Below are positions 31,584 through 41,253 of a DNA stretch of 64,000 nucleotides, piece after piece. A model generated the notes under the pieces. It was not told the DNA's origin. It ran no database searches and worked only from the letters and a program-made list of their open reading frames with translations. A program made the position numbers and the translations under genes. The stretch comes from Gemmatales bacterium. GTDB taxonomy: Bacteria > Planctomycetota > Planctomycetia > Gemmatales > HRBIN36. How positions within the stretch are numbered: position 1 is the first letter of the stretch; each line of letters opens with the position of its first letter. The stretch spans positions 276,773 to 340,772 of the forward strand of contig JBEPZY010000003.1 in NCBI GenBank assembly GCA_041640595.1, in the 5' to 3' direction.

Positions 31584-31753
31584 GCCGGAGGTGGCGATGT
31601 ATAATGAAGAGAAATTCCGCTGTCAACGGCGTAGTGGTTGTCGCCGCAACACGAACTCTTCCGCCAATTTCCCGCCGACTTCGAGGGAGAAGGAGAATGG
31701 TAGCCACACTGCCCGGATGCGACGTGATCGTCATGGGGGGCGGTCCAGCCGGT
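31584..31753 (+). pseudogene. Duplicated promoter, leader and first ~19 codons of the halogenase-like gene
   Basis: 170-bp near-identical copy of 34273-34442; ORF from ATG 31697 (MVATLPGCDVIVMGGGPAG) then diverges and stops at 31795. Confidence 0.85.
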
Positions 31754-32245
31754 GGCCCAATCTCCAGGGGAGGGCTTGTGCCTTTCTACCAATAGACCGG
31801 TGCAAGGGATGGACCATGTTCCATTCGCCACGGTAGCTTCTGGTGACAGCCACACGCAGTTTGTCATCAACCGGCGTGCAGGTGCATGTGTGTTCCGCGA
31901 AAGCAGCCTCGATATCGGCCCAAACGTGTCTCGTCCACCGATGCGCTCGCTACGGGTATTGCCACCTCCACCGGCAAAAGGCGTATGCAGTTCCTTCGAT
32001 TGCAACAAAAATGGCTAGCCTCTAGCCAGAAACCCGGCCGTGTGCTAATTTGCTTGTACGGGCTGGTCCTGGTCTCCGGGTAAGCGATTGTTGTTGGAAA
32101 AAGCTGGTGGGCGGGCGGAGACCGCTGGAAGCTCCCAACGATAGCCGGTTACTCAGGGGCCAAAAACTCCATCACCGCTGCACTGGCAAGAGGCCGAAGA
32201 CACGAGCCCGGCCAGCGGCGGTCGGTTCGGGAAAGGGTCGCAAGC

Positions 32246-33808
32246 ATGAAAAGTTTGTTTGAGAGCATCCGTGGATTGTGTCCTGGAGTGCCGGAAGAGT
32301 TAGTGCAAGCCCATTTGCGGCGGATGCCAGGGCACTACTTTGACCAGTATTCGCCGAACGAAATCGCGCGTCACGTGCGTTTGCTGGCGACCCTGCACCA
32401 ACAGGGCCGGCTAGCCGCGGTTGAACTCCGCACCCTGGGTAAAAACCAGTACGAGTTGCTGGTAGCCGGCGTAGATGCCAAGGGCGTACTGGCTTGTATT
32501 ACCACCGCTATCGCCGCCCTGGGTTTCAATCTTCAGGATGTGCGGCTGGCCACCTGGGTGCCTGAGGAATCCGAAGAGAACGCTCTGCCCAGCTTGTTTG
32601 TGGATCAATTGCTTTTAGGCGGGGATGTCCGTGGGCAGGACCTGGCAAGCATCGCCGAGAATTTGCAAGAACGTCTCGAGCGGGCTTTTGGATTTTTGCA
32701 GCAGGGGGAGTTTGTGAAAGCTGAGGAAGCGGCAGCGGCGTCGGCTCTATTCCTGGGTGGTCAATCCACAAATCAGCCGGTCTCTTCGCCTACGCTGCGA
32801 ACCTCCCACCTGGTCTGCGGTACGGTGATCGGCCAGGATTTCCGCCTGGAACAGCGCCTCGGCAAAGGCGGTATGGGCGAAGTGTACCTGGCCACACAGC
32901 TCAGCCTGCAGAGGCAGGTGGCCGTTAAACTCGTCGAATACGATCCGGTTACCAATCGCGAGGTGCAGGAGCGGTTCAATCGCGAAGCCAACGTCCTGGC
33001 CCGGTTACAATCGCCTTTTATCGTTTCGGTTTACGCGAGTGGCAGCATTCCTCTGGCCAGCGGACGCCGATTGCAATGGCTGGCCATGGAATACATGTCC
33101 GGGGGCGATCTCCATCGCTGGGTACAAGAGAACGGTCCGCCGCCCATTCCTCTGGCGCTGCGCTGGCTGCGGCAGGCGCTGGAGGGGCTTTTGTCCGCCC
33201 ATCGCCAGGGTATCTTGCATCGCGATCTCAAGCCGCACAACCTCTTCCTCAACACTGATGGAGACCTGAAAGTCGGGGATTTCGGCCTGGTCAAGCCTCC
33301 GCCCGTCAGTTCCACTCCCCAACTTACTTTGCAAGGCACCATTCTCGGTACGCCACACTATATGTCTCCGGAACAGGCGCTGGGGGAATCTTTGGACGAA
33401 CGTTCGGACATCTTCTCGCTGGGAGCAACGTTTTTCCACCTCCTGACAGGCCGACCTCCTTTTGAGCAGGGAAGCTACACCGCCATCTTGATGCGGATCG
33501 CTCAGGAAGATGCACCGCGGTTGGCTTCGGTGCTTCCGGAGTGTCCACCGGCGTTGGATTTGATTTTGGCCCGCATGATGGCTCGGCGGGCGGAACTCCG
33601 TTACCAGGACGGCCAGGTCATACTTCAGGAACTCGACAGCTACGCTCGACGCGGTTATCTAATTCCCGCTCCACTCGGCCCCAATGTGCGTCCGGTGGAT
33701 TTGCCCGGCCGGCCGCCACGCGAAAAGGATTCCTCCACTCCCAACGTGGGGCCGCGCGGCACCGAAACTTGCGAATACCGCCCGCACGAAACGGACTCTC
33801 CGCAATAA
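32246..33808 (+). CDS. Hanks-type Ser/Thr kinase with an N-terminal ACT-like domain
   Basis: GKGGMGEVY, VAVK, HRDLKPHN, DFG and GTPHYMSPEQ; N-terminus 'Y...Y.P.EIARHV.LL' plus 'VAG.D..GVLA.IT..IAA.GFNL.D' as in GlnD-type ACT domains. Confidence 0.92.
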   Translation: MKSLFESIRGLCPGVPEELVQAHLRRMPGHYFDQYSPNEIARHVRLLATLHQQGRLAAVELRTLGKNQYELLVAGVDAKGVLACITTAIAALGFNLQDVRLATWVPEESEENALPSLFVDQLLLGGDVRGQDLASIAENLQERLERAFGFLQQGEFVKAEEAAAASALFLGGQSTNQPVSSPTLRTSHLVCGTVIGQDFRLEQRLGKGGMGEVYLATQLSLQRQVAVKLVEYDPVTNREVQERFNREANVLARLQSPFIVSVYASGSIPLASGRRLQWLAMEYMSGGDLHRWVQENGPPPIPLALRWLRQALEGLLSAHRQGILHRDLKPHNLFLNTDGDLKVGDFGLVKPPPVSSTPQLTLQGTILGTPHYMSPEQALGESLDERSDIFSLGATFFHLLTGRPPFEQGSYTAILMRIAQEDAPRLASVLPECPPALDLILARMMARRAELRYQDGQVILQELDSYARRGYLIPAPLGPNVRPVDLPGRPPREKDSSTPNVGPRGTETCEYRPHETDSPQ

Positions 33809-34385
33809 CCCACCGGCAACAGGACAAAGTTCGCTGGTAAAGAAGCTGTACCGGCGTTAAACCGGCAGGCATCAGTTCCACCGCGAGATCACGCGGCTCC
33901 GCGGAATTCCTCCACGCGCACCAATCAGGCTCAAAGTGCCGGCTTAGAAGCCCTCAATCGGCCTCCCAGCAGGCAATGTGCAGGGACACAGCATGCTCAA
34001 TTTGCAGGTCTGGAAGCTTTCGAACCGAATCTCCGCGACTTTGTTCCACTCGCTCTGGTAGCAGGGCACCAGGAACAAAGCCCGACGTTGCATGTCCGGC
34101 TGCCAACACCGGGCTCGACAGGGTTAGGTTGAAGGCGATCGGACACACGAGCCAGCCGCTGCCGCGGAGCTCTATCCTGGAGCGTCCCAGAATCGGGCAT
34201 AGTGGAAATGGGGCAGCTCCACATCGTGCGTACATTCCACGGTGAATGCCAAGCCGTTGCTTTTCCTACCCAGCCGGGGGTGGCGATGTATAATGAAGAC
34301 AAATTCCGCTGTCAACGGCGTAGTGGTTGTCGCCGCAACACGAACTCTTCCGCCAATTTCCCGCCGACTTCGAGGGAGAAGGAAA

Positions 34386-35636
34386 ATGGTAGCCACACTG
34401 CCCGCACGCGACGTGATTGTCATGGGGGGCGGTCCAGCCGGTTGCACCTGCGCCACCTTGATTGCCCAGCACGGTTACCGCGTAACGCTCTATGAGCGGG
34501 AGAAGTTTCCGCGTTACCATATCGGTGAATCGTTTATGCCGGAAACGTACTGGGTGCTTCGGCGGTTGGGAGTCCTGGATCAGCTGAAGGCCAGCCCGTT
34601 TGTCAAAAAGTTCAGCGTGCAGTTTGTGAGCGAAACCGGGCAGGAGTCGCAACCGTTTTATTTTTTCGAGATTAATCCTCACGAAAGTTCGCAAACCTGG
34701 CAGGTGTTGCGCAGCGAGTTTGATGAATTGTTGCTGAACAACGCCCGCCGGCACGGCGTGGAAGTTTACGAGGGGAGTCGCATTCTGGATGTGGCTTTCG
34801 AGGGCGATCGCGTTCGCCATCTTCGCGTGCAACATGCCGATGGCCGGGAAGAGACCGTCTCCGCTCCGGTGATCGTGGATGCTACCGGGCAGAGTGCCGT
34901 TATCGCCAACCGCCTCGGACTTCGCCGACCGGATCCGCGTTTGAAAAAGGGGGCAGTCTGGACCTATTACGAAGGTGCCTATCGCGACCCCGGACTGGAC
35001 GAAGGCGCCACCCTGGTGCTCCATGTTGCCGGGAAGAAGGGCTGGTTCTGGTACATCCCCCTGCACAACAACGTGGTCAGCGTCGGCGTGGTTTCCTCGA
35101 TTGAGTACCTGTTCCAGGGTCGCGGCAGCCATGAGCAGATTTTTTACGAAGAAGTAGAACGCTGCCCGGCGGTGAAACGGCGGATCGCGTGTGGTCGGCG
35201 AGTGGCGGGCTTTTTTGCCACCAGGGATTTTTCCTATAAAGCCAGTCGCGGTGCCGGGCCAGGCTGGGTGCTGATCGGTGATGCTTTCGGGTTCCTCGAC
35301 CCGATTTACTCTTCGGGAGTGTTTCTGGCGCTGAAATCGGGCGAGCTGGCTGCCGACGCTATCGTGGAAGGTTTCCAGAAGGGCGACCTTTCCGGACCCC
35401 AGCTGGGGAAATGGATTCCCGAGTTTGTCCGCGGCATGGAAGCGATGCGCAAGCTGGTCTATGCTTTTTATGAGGGATTTAGTTTCGGGCAGTTCGTGCG
35501 GGAATATCCGCAATATCGCCGGCACATTATAGATTTGTTAGTGGGCGATCTGTTCAAGGAAGGGGTAGAAGAAGTCTTCGAGGCGATGCGGCGCTACGTC
35601 CCCTTACCGGAAGCGGAAACCGTCGCCGTCGCTTGA
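34386..35636 (+). CDS. Flavin-dependent halogenase-family oxidoreductase
   Basis: GGGPAG, FPRYHIGES, WFWYIP (WxWxIP) and GDAFGFLDPIYSSG; TATAAT at 34289 and RBS upstream. Confidence 0.85.
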   Translation: MVATLPARDVIVMGGGPAGCTCATLIAQHGYRVTLYEREKFPRYHIGESFMPETYWVLRRLGVLDQLKASPFVKKFSVQFVSETGQESQPFYFFEINPHESSQTWQVLRSEFDELLLNNARRHGVEVYEGSRILDVAFEGDRVRHLRVQHADGREETVSAPVIVDATGQSAVIANRLGLRRPDPRLKKGAVWTYYEGAYRDPGLDEGATLVLHVAGKKGWFWYIPLHNNVVSVGVVSSIEYLFQGRGSHEQIFYEEVERCPAVKRRIACGRRVAGFFATRDFSYKASRGAGPGWVLIGDAFGFLDPIYSSGVFLALKSGELAADAIVEGFQKGDLSGPQLGKWIPEFVRGMEAMRKLVYAFYEGFSFGQFVREYPQYRRHIIDLLVGDLFKEGVEEVFEAMRRYVPLPEAETVAVA

Positions 35637-35644
35637 GAAAGTCT

Positions 35645-37036
35645 ATGCGTGTTGCCTTTATAACCGCCGGTGCAGCCGGGATGATTTGCGGCAGCTGTTT
35701 GCGCGATAATGTATTAGTGCGCACTTTGCGAAAGCAGGGGCGCGATTGCCTGTTAATCCCCACTTATACTCCGCCGCGCACGGATTCGCCCAATGTTAGT
35801 CTGCCGGAGGTGTTTTTTAGTGGTCTAAGTGTTTACTTAGAGCAGAAAATCCCTTACCTGCGACGTCCGCCGAACTGGTTGCAGCGCTGGCTCAGTTCGC
35901 CGACGTTATTACGCTGGATAAGTCGCCTGGCCCTGACAACCCGCGCTGAAGAACTTGGCGAGTTGACGCTTTCCATGCTCCGCGGCTTAGACGGTTACCA
36001 GGCCTGCGAAATCGAACGCCTGGTGCACTGGCTGGCGCACGAATATGCTCCCGATTTAGTCTGTTTCTCTAATATCCTGCTTTCAGGTGCGGTGCCAGCT
36101 ATCAAGGAGCGATTAGATTGCACCGTCGTAACCACCTTGCAAGGGGACGATATATTTCTCGAACATCTGCCGCCTTCTTATAAACAGGCCGCTATCGAGC
36201 TGATTCGCCACAACGCCCGCTATATAGATGCTTATCTCGTTCCCTGCCAGGACTATGCCGATTTCATGGCGGACTATTTAGGGCTACCCCGTTCCGCCAT
36301 GACCGCGGTGTATTTAGGTATAGACGTGGAGGAATTCGACCGGGCCCGCGAGACTGTACTTATAGGGAACTCATGTACACTTGATAAAGGTTCGCCGCGG
36401 CGTGCCGAACCGGCTGACCTTCAAGGAACCGAAAAACGGCAGCCGTGGCGCATAGGGTACCTGGCACGGATTTGTCCGGAGAAAGGGTTGCATGTCTTAG
36501 TCGAGGCAGTGGAGGAATTGATCCGACGCGGACGACCGGTAGTCCTGGAAGTGGCCGGCTATTTAGGTCCGGCAGACCGACACTATTTCGAGCAGCAACG
36601 CCAGCGGGCTATCCGCAACGGCTGGCAGGACCGCTTCTGTTACCGCGGAGAACTCGATTATGTGCGGAAAGTACAGTTCCTGACCGGCCTGGATGTCTTC
36701 AGTGTGCCGACGATTTATCGGGAACCGAAGGGGCTGTATGTGCTGGAAGCGTGGGCGGCAGGGTTGCCGGTAGTGCAACCGGCCCACGGTTCGTTTCCGG
36801 AACTCATCGGCAGAAGCGGTGCGGGAATGCTTTTCCCACCAGGCCAATCCTCCGCTCTGGCAGATGCTCTCGACGCGTTGCTGCATCAACCGCAATACTG
36901 CCGCGAATTGGGCCAGCGCGGTCGCCAAGCCGTGGAGACTTTTTTCCATGCCCACCGCATGGCGGAGGAAACCTGGCAGACCTGGCAGCAAGTGCACGCC
37001 AGCCGAAAAGAACCCGCCCCTTCGCCGGTAGGATAG
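35645..37036 (+). CDS. Glycosyltransferase family 4
   Basis: GYLARI.PEKG and EPKGLYVLEA.A.G.PVV (EX7E). Confidence 0.92.
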   Translation: MRVAFITAGAAGMICGSCLRDNVLVRTLRKQGRDCLLIPTYTPPRTDSPNVSLPEVFFSGLSVYLEQKIPYLRRPPNWLQRWLSSPTLLRWISRLALTTRAEELGELTLSMLRGLDGYQACEIERLVHWLAHEYAPDLVCFSNILLSGAVPAIKERLDCTVVTTLQGDDIFLEHLPPSYKQAAIELIRHNARYIDAYLVPCQDYADFMADYLGLPRSAMTAVYLGIDVEEFDRARETVLIGNSCTLDKGSPRRAEPADLQGTEKRQPWRIGYLARICPEKGLHVLVEAVEELIRRGRPVVLEVAGYLGPADRHYFEQQRQRAIRNGWQDRFCYRGELDYVRKVQFLTGLDVFSVPTIYREPKGLYVLEAWAAGLPVVQPAHGSFPELIGRSGAGMLFPPGQSSALADALDALLHQPQYCRELGQRGRQAVETFFHAHRMAEETWQTWQQVHASRKEPAPSPVG

Positions 37037-37235
37037 CGCTGACCTGACGACCATTACGTTCCGTGTTGAAAGCAAGAAGCCGCCCCCTCGCCGGCACGAT
37101 AACGCTGGACTGACGACCGTTTCGATCCAGGTTGAAAACAAGAAGGCGCGCCTTCGCCGGTACGACAGCGCCGGACTGACGACCGTTTCGATCCGTGTTG
37201 AAAACAAGAACCCGTTCCCTCGCCGGCACGATAAC
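37008..37235. repeat. 66-bp tandem repeat, about 3.5 units
   Basis: AAGAA unit starts at 37008, 37074, 37140 and 37206; the whole unit is conserved. Confidence 0.9.
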
Positions 37236-37881
37236 CCTCCGTTGCGTGTCTCGCTCCTCGCCGGTACGATACGCTGCCGTCCCCGCTCGCCGCGCCCTAC
37301 CCAGGGAGAAATGCACCTCCGCAGCGATGTTCACTTACACCGCCAGGATGGGCCGGCGTTAGACCAAAGGCGGTCGGCGTGAGCCGACCATGGGAAACTT
37401 TCACGCTCGCACCGGCGTTGGTTAAACCACGGAGGGCTGACGCCCCCCGCGCATGACTTCGCAGACGTTGTTGGCCGATCATCATCTGCAATGCCCTGCA
37501 ACCACGACTGCTTAAAAGCCGCGGGGGGCTTACGCCCCCCGCTCTTGTTTGGGCTGACGCCCGCCCCTCCTAGTACCGGCGTGAAAATCGCCGAAATGTG
37601 CCGTATCGCGGTTGCAGATGCGGTTCTCATAGTCGCGGGGCGCCGGGGTTTTGCGGTGGCCCCACGATCCCGTGCCGGTTGGAAGGTGGTCTTGGAAGAA
37701 GCCTACCTTCGCTCGCACAGACGCTGGCACAGGATCCCCGGCGCACGCGGGCATGGTCTAGACGGCCAGTGAATACATGCCGGCGGTCGGGCGCTTAGAG
37801 CGATATTTCAGAGCGCCAGCCGATACTCGCCGGCAGCGAATCCGCCGTGTAGCGGTCTCGGCGACAGACGCGGGGTAGAAA

Positions 37882-38952
37882 TTACGCCGGAAACTCGAAG
37901 TTCAGCAGGGTGATTAGACCGGTGTTGCCGAAGACAGGGGCGAGACCGATGAACGGGTCGATGCCAGCGCCGCCGTCCGCATTCAAACCACCGAGGAAGT
38001 TGGAGCCGCTGACAGTAACCGTATCGTTGCCACCGCCGGTCGAGACCGAGGAAGCGAGTGTGAAGTCGCTGTCGGTGATGTTCACGGTGTCGTCGCCGGT
38101 ACCGGTGGTTACATCCAGGCTCACGGCGGTCACGTCATCAACATCCACGGTGTCCTGAATAATGCTGTCGCCGGCCACGACAAACAGCCGCTTGAAGTCG
38201 CTACTAGCCAACGTGATGATATCGCTACCATCGCCGGTGCTGATGCGGGTAATGTTCCCGTCCACGTCGCTGTCTGTAATGTTGATGTTGTTGTCGCCGT
38301 CGTTGGCGGCAATCAGCAGGTTCTTCGCAATCGTGGCATTGGCAAGGTCAATCGTATCGGGGTCATTGCCAGTAGTTATGCTGACGTTACCACCAACGCC
38401 GAAGGTGCTTCCTGTGACCGTGTTGTCACCGTCGCCGAGCGTGGCGGTGAAGTTTCCTTTCAGGAAAGTGGGAATGCCTCCAGGCGTCGTATCAATGTCC
38501 ACAGTGTCGTCGCCGGCGCCTGCGCGAATGGTCGTGGTGCCCCTGACGAAGAGGTTTTCCAGACCGACGGTGTTGTTGCCGTCGCCCAGGTCGATGCGCA
38601 GGTTGCCGAGGATGGCCAGACTTCTACTTCCGCCATTTCCGGGGTTATCGCCCAGGACGATAGTGTCGTCGCCGCCGCGTAGATTGATGAAGACGGACTT
38701 ACCCGTGCCCAGAGAGAACACAAGGGCAGTCGAGGAGCCATTGATGGTCGTCCCAGCGCCCTCGATCCGAATCGCGTTAGCACCGACGTTCCAGAGGGCC
38801 AGGACGTTGTTGCCGCCGTCGCCGATGATGTACAGGTTGCCTCCGGACAGGTACGCCTGGACATTGCCAGTACCGCCGCCGATCGAGCCGACGTTCGGCG
38901 TGGTGCGGGATTCGAGAGCTTCGACACGGAGCAAAGTACGGTTGCTGTGCAT
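37882..38952 (-). CDS. Planctomycete extracellular beta-solenoid protein with LEPR-XLL-like leader, copy 1
   Basis: 'LRVEALESRTTP' leader and G.G.D.(I/V) repeats; GGAGG RBS. Confidence 0.85.
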   Translation of the reverse strand: MHSNRTLLRVEALESRTTPNVGSIGGGTGNVQAYLSGGNLYIIGDGGNNVLALWNVGANAIRIEGAGTTINGSSTALVFSLGTGKSVFINLRGGDDTIVLGDNPGNGGSRSLAILGNLRIDLGDGNNTVGLENLFVRGTTTIRAGAGDDTVDIDTTPGGIPTFLKGNFTATLGDGDNTVTGSTFGVGGNVSITTGNDPDTIDLANATIAKNLLIAANDGDNNINITDSDVDGNITRISTGDGSDIITLASSDFKRLFVVAGDSIIQDTVDVDDVTAVSLDVTTGTGDDTVNITDSDFTLASSVSTGGGNDTVTVSGSNFLGGLNADGGAGIDPFIGLAPVFGNTGLITLLNFEFPA

Positions 38953-39797
38953 GGTCCTCAGACCTCCTGTTGGGAGCTGCCGCAGCACCAATCCGGTGTG
39001 AGCGTACCGCACGCTCAAGGGGAAAGTCGCACCGGATTCGGGCGGACGAGCTCCAGACCCACGATGCATTCGACCGTCCGCGGCGACGCAAAGCCGTAAG
39101 CGTCCCGGTGGACGGATGGTTCACGAAATCCGGTAATGGTTATCCTCGCTCAGTTCGTCTTGAGCCACGGCGGGCTGACGCCCGCCGCTCTTGGTGCCCG
39201 CGCGAAGATTCTCCGAACTGTGCCACGTCTCCGTTGCAAGTGCGTTTCCCGAACCCACGGCGGGCTGACGCCCGCCGCTCTTCGTTGGTCAGTCGGTTGT
39301 CGCGTGTGTGTGAGCGATTGCCGTTGCCGATGCGGTTGCCAGCCACGGGGGGCTGACGCCCCCCGCGCATGACTTCGCAGACGTTGTTGGCCGATCATCA
39401 TCTGCAACGCCCTGCAACCACGACTGCTTAAAAGCCACGGGGGGCTTACGCCCCCCGCTCTTGTTTGGGCTGACGCCCGCCCCTCCTAGTATCGGCGTGA
39501 AAATCGCCGAAATGTGCCGTATCGCGGTTGCAGATGCGGTTCTCATAGTCGCGGGGCGCCGGGGTTTTGCGGTGGCCCCACGATCCCGTGCCGGTTGGAA
39601 GGTGGTCTTGGAAGAAGCCTACCTTCGCTCGCACAGACGCTGGCACAGGATCCCCGGCGCCCGCGGGCATGGTCTAGACGGCCAGTGAATACACACCGGC
39701 GGTCGGGCGCTTAGAGCGATATTTCATAGCGCCAGCCGATACTCGCCGGCAGCGAATCCGCCGCGTAGCGCTCTCAGCGACAGATGCGGGGAAGAAA

Positions 39798-40880
39798 TTA
39801 CGTCGTAGTCTCGAAGTCCAGCAGGTTGATTAGACCGGTGTTGCCGAAGCCAGGGGCGAGACCGTTGAACGTGTCGCCGACGTTGTGAGCGCCGCCGTCC
39901 GCATTCAAACCACCGAGGAAGTCGGAGCCGCTGACAGTAACCGTATCGTCGCCATCGCCGGTCGAAACCGAGGAAGTGAGTGTGAAGTCGCTGTCGGTGA
40001 TGTTCACGGTGTCGTCGCCGGTACCGGCGGTTACATTGACGCTCACCGCGGTCACGCCATCACCGGCCAGGCCAACATCCACGGTGTTAGTGCCGTCGCC
40101 GGCCAGGACAAACAGCCGCTTGAAATCGCTACCAGCCAATGTGATGACATCGTCACCGCCGCCGGTGCTGATGCGGGTAATGTTCCCGTCCACGTCGCTG
40201 TCTGTAATGTTGATGACGTTATCGCCGTCGTTGGCGGCAATCAGCAGGTTCTTCGCAATCGTGGCATTGGTAAGGTCAATTGTGTCGTTATCGGCTCCAG
40301 TGGTGATGCTGACGTTACCACCAACGCCGAAGGTCTGTCCATCGACGTTGTTGTCACCGTCGCCGAGCGTGGCGGTGAAGTTTCCTTTCAGGAAAGTGGG
40401 AATGCCTCCAGGCGTCGTATCAATGTCCACAGTGTCGTTGCCGGCACCCGCGCGGATGGTCGTGGTGCCCCTGACGAAGAGGTTTTCCAGACCGACGGTG
40501 TTGTTGCCGTCGCCCAGGTCAATGCGCAGGTTGCCGAGGATGGCCAGACTTCTACTTCCGCCATCCCCAGGGTTATCGCCGAGGACGATAGTGTCGTCGC
40601 CGCCGCGCAGATTGATGAAGACGGACTTGCCCGTGCCCAGAGAGAAGACAAGGGCAGTCGAGGAGCCATTGATGGTCGTCCCAGCGCCCTCGATCCGAAT
40701 CGCGTTAGCGCCGACGTTCCAGAGGGCCAGGACGTTGTTGTTGGCGTCGCCGATGATGTACAGGTTGCCTCCGGAGAGGTACGCCTGGACATTGCCAGTA
40801 CCGCCCCCGATCGGGCCGACGTTGGGCGTGGTGCGGGATTCGAGAGCTTCGAGACGGAGCAGAGTACGGTTGCTGTGCAT
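39798..40880 (-). CDS. Planctomycete extracellular beta-solenoid protein with LEPR-XLL-like leader, copy 2
   Basis: Near-identical paralog of 37882-38952. Confidence 0.85.
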   Translation of the reverse strand: MHSNRTLLRLEALESRTTPNVGPIGGGTGNVQAYLSGGNLYIIGDANNNVLALWNVGANAIRIEGAGTTINGSSTALVFSLGTGKSVFINLRGGDDTIVLGDNPGDGGSRSLAILGNLRIDLGDGNNTVGLENLFVRGTTTIRAGAGNDTVDIDTTPGGIPTFLKGNFTATLGDGDNNVDGQTFGVGGNVSITTGADNDTIDLTNATIAKNLLIAANDGDNVINITDSDVDGNITRISTGGGDDVITLAGSDFKRLFVLAGDGTNTVDVGLAGDGVTAVSVNVTAGTGDDTVNITDSDFTLTSSVSTGDGDDTVTVSGSDFLGGLNADGGAHNVGDTFNGLAPGFGNTGLINLLDFETTT

Positions 40881-41253
40881 GGTCCTCAGACCTCCTGTTG
40901 GGAGCTGCCGCAGCACAAATCCGGTGTGAGCGTACCGCACGCTCAAGGGGAAAGTCGCACCGGATTCGGGCGGACGAGCTCCAGACCCACGATGCATTCG
41001 ACCGTCCGCGGCGACGCAAGACCGTAAGCGTCCCAGTGGACGGATGGTTCGCGAAATCCGGTAATGGTTATCCTCGCTCAGTTCGTCTTGAGCCACGGCG
41101 GGCTGACGCACGCCGTTCTTCGTTGGTCAGTCGGTTGTCGCGTGTGTGTGAGCGATTGCCGTTGCCGATGCGGTTGTGAGCCACGGGGGCTGACGCCCGC
41201 CGCTCTTGGTTGGATTGACGCGCGCCCCTCTTGCGTGGTGCGGGGAAGTTCTT

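Larger units (their letters stand above)
37427..41185. repeat. Tandem duplication of ~1.9 kb bounded by REP-like palindromes
   Basis: 37427-39342 closely matches 39343-41180; both units begin at CCACGG.GGGCTGACGCCCCCCGCGCATG. Confidence 0.92.

Noticed and set aside
37008..37235. 66-bp repeat as a true CRISPR array
   Set aside because: The entire unit is repeated, with no unique spacers.
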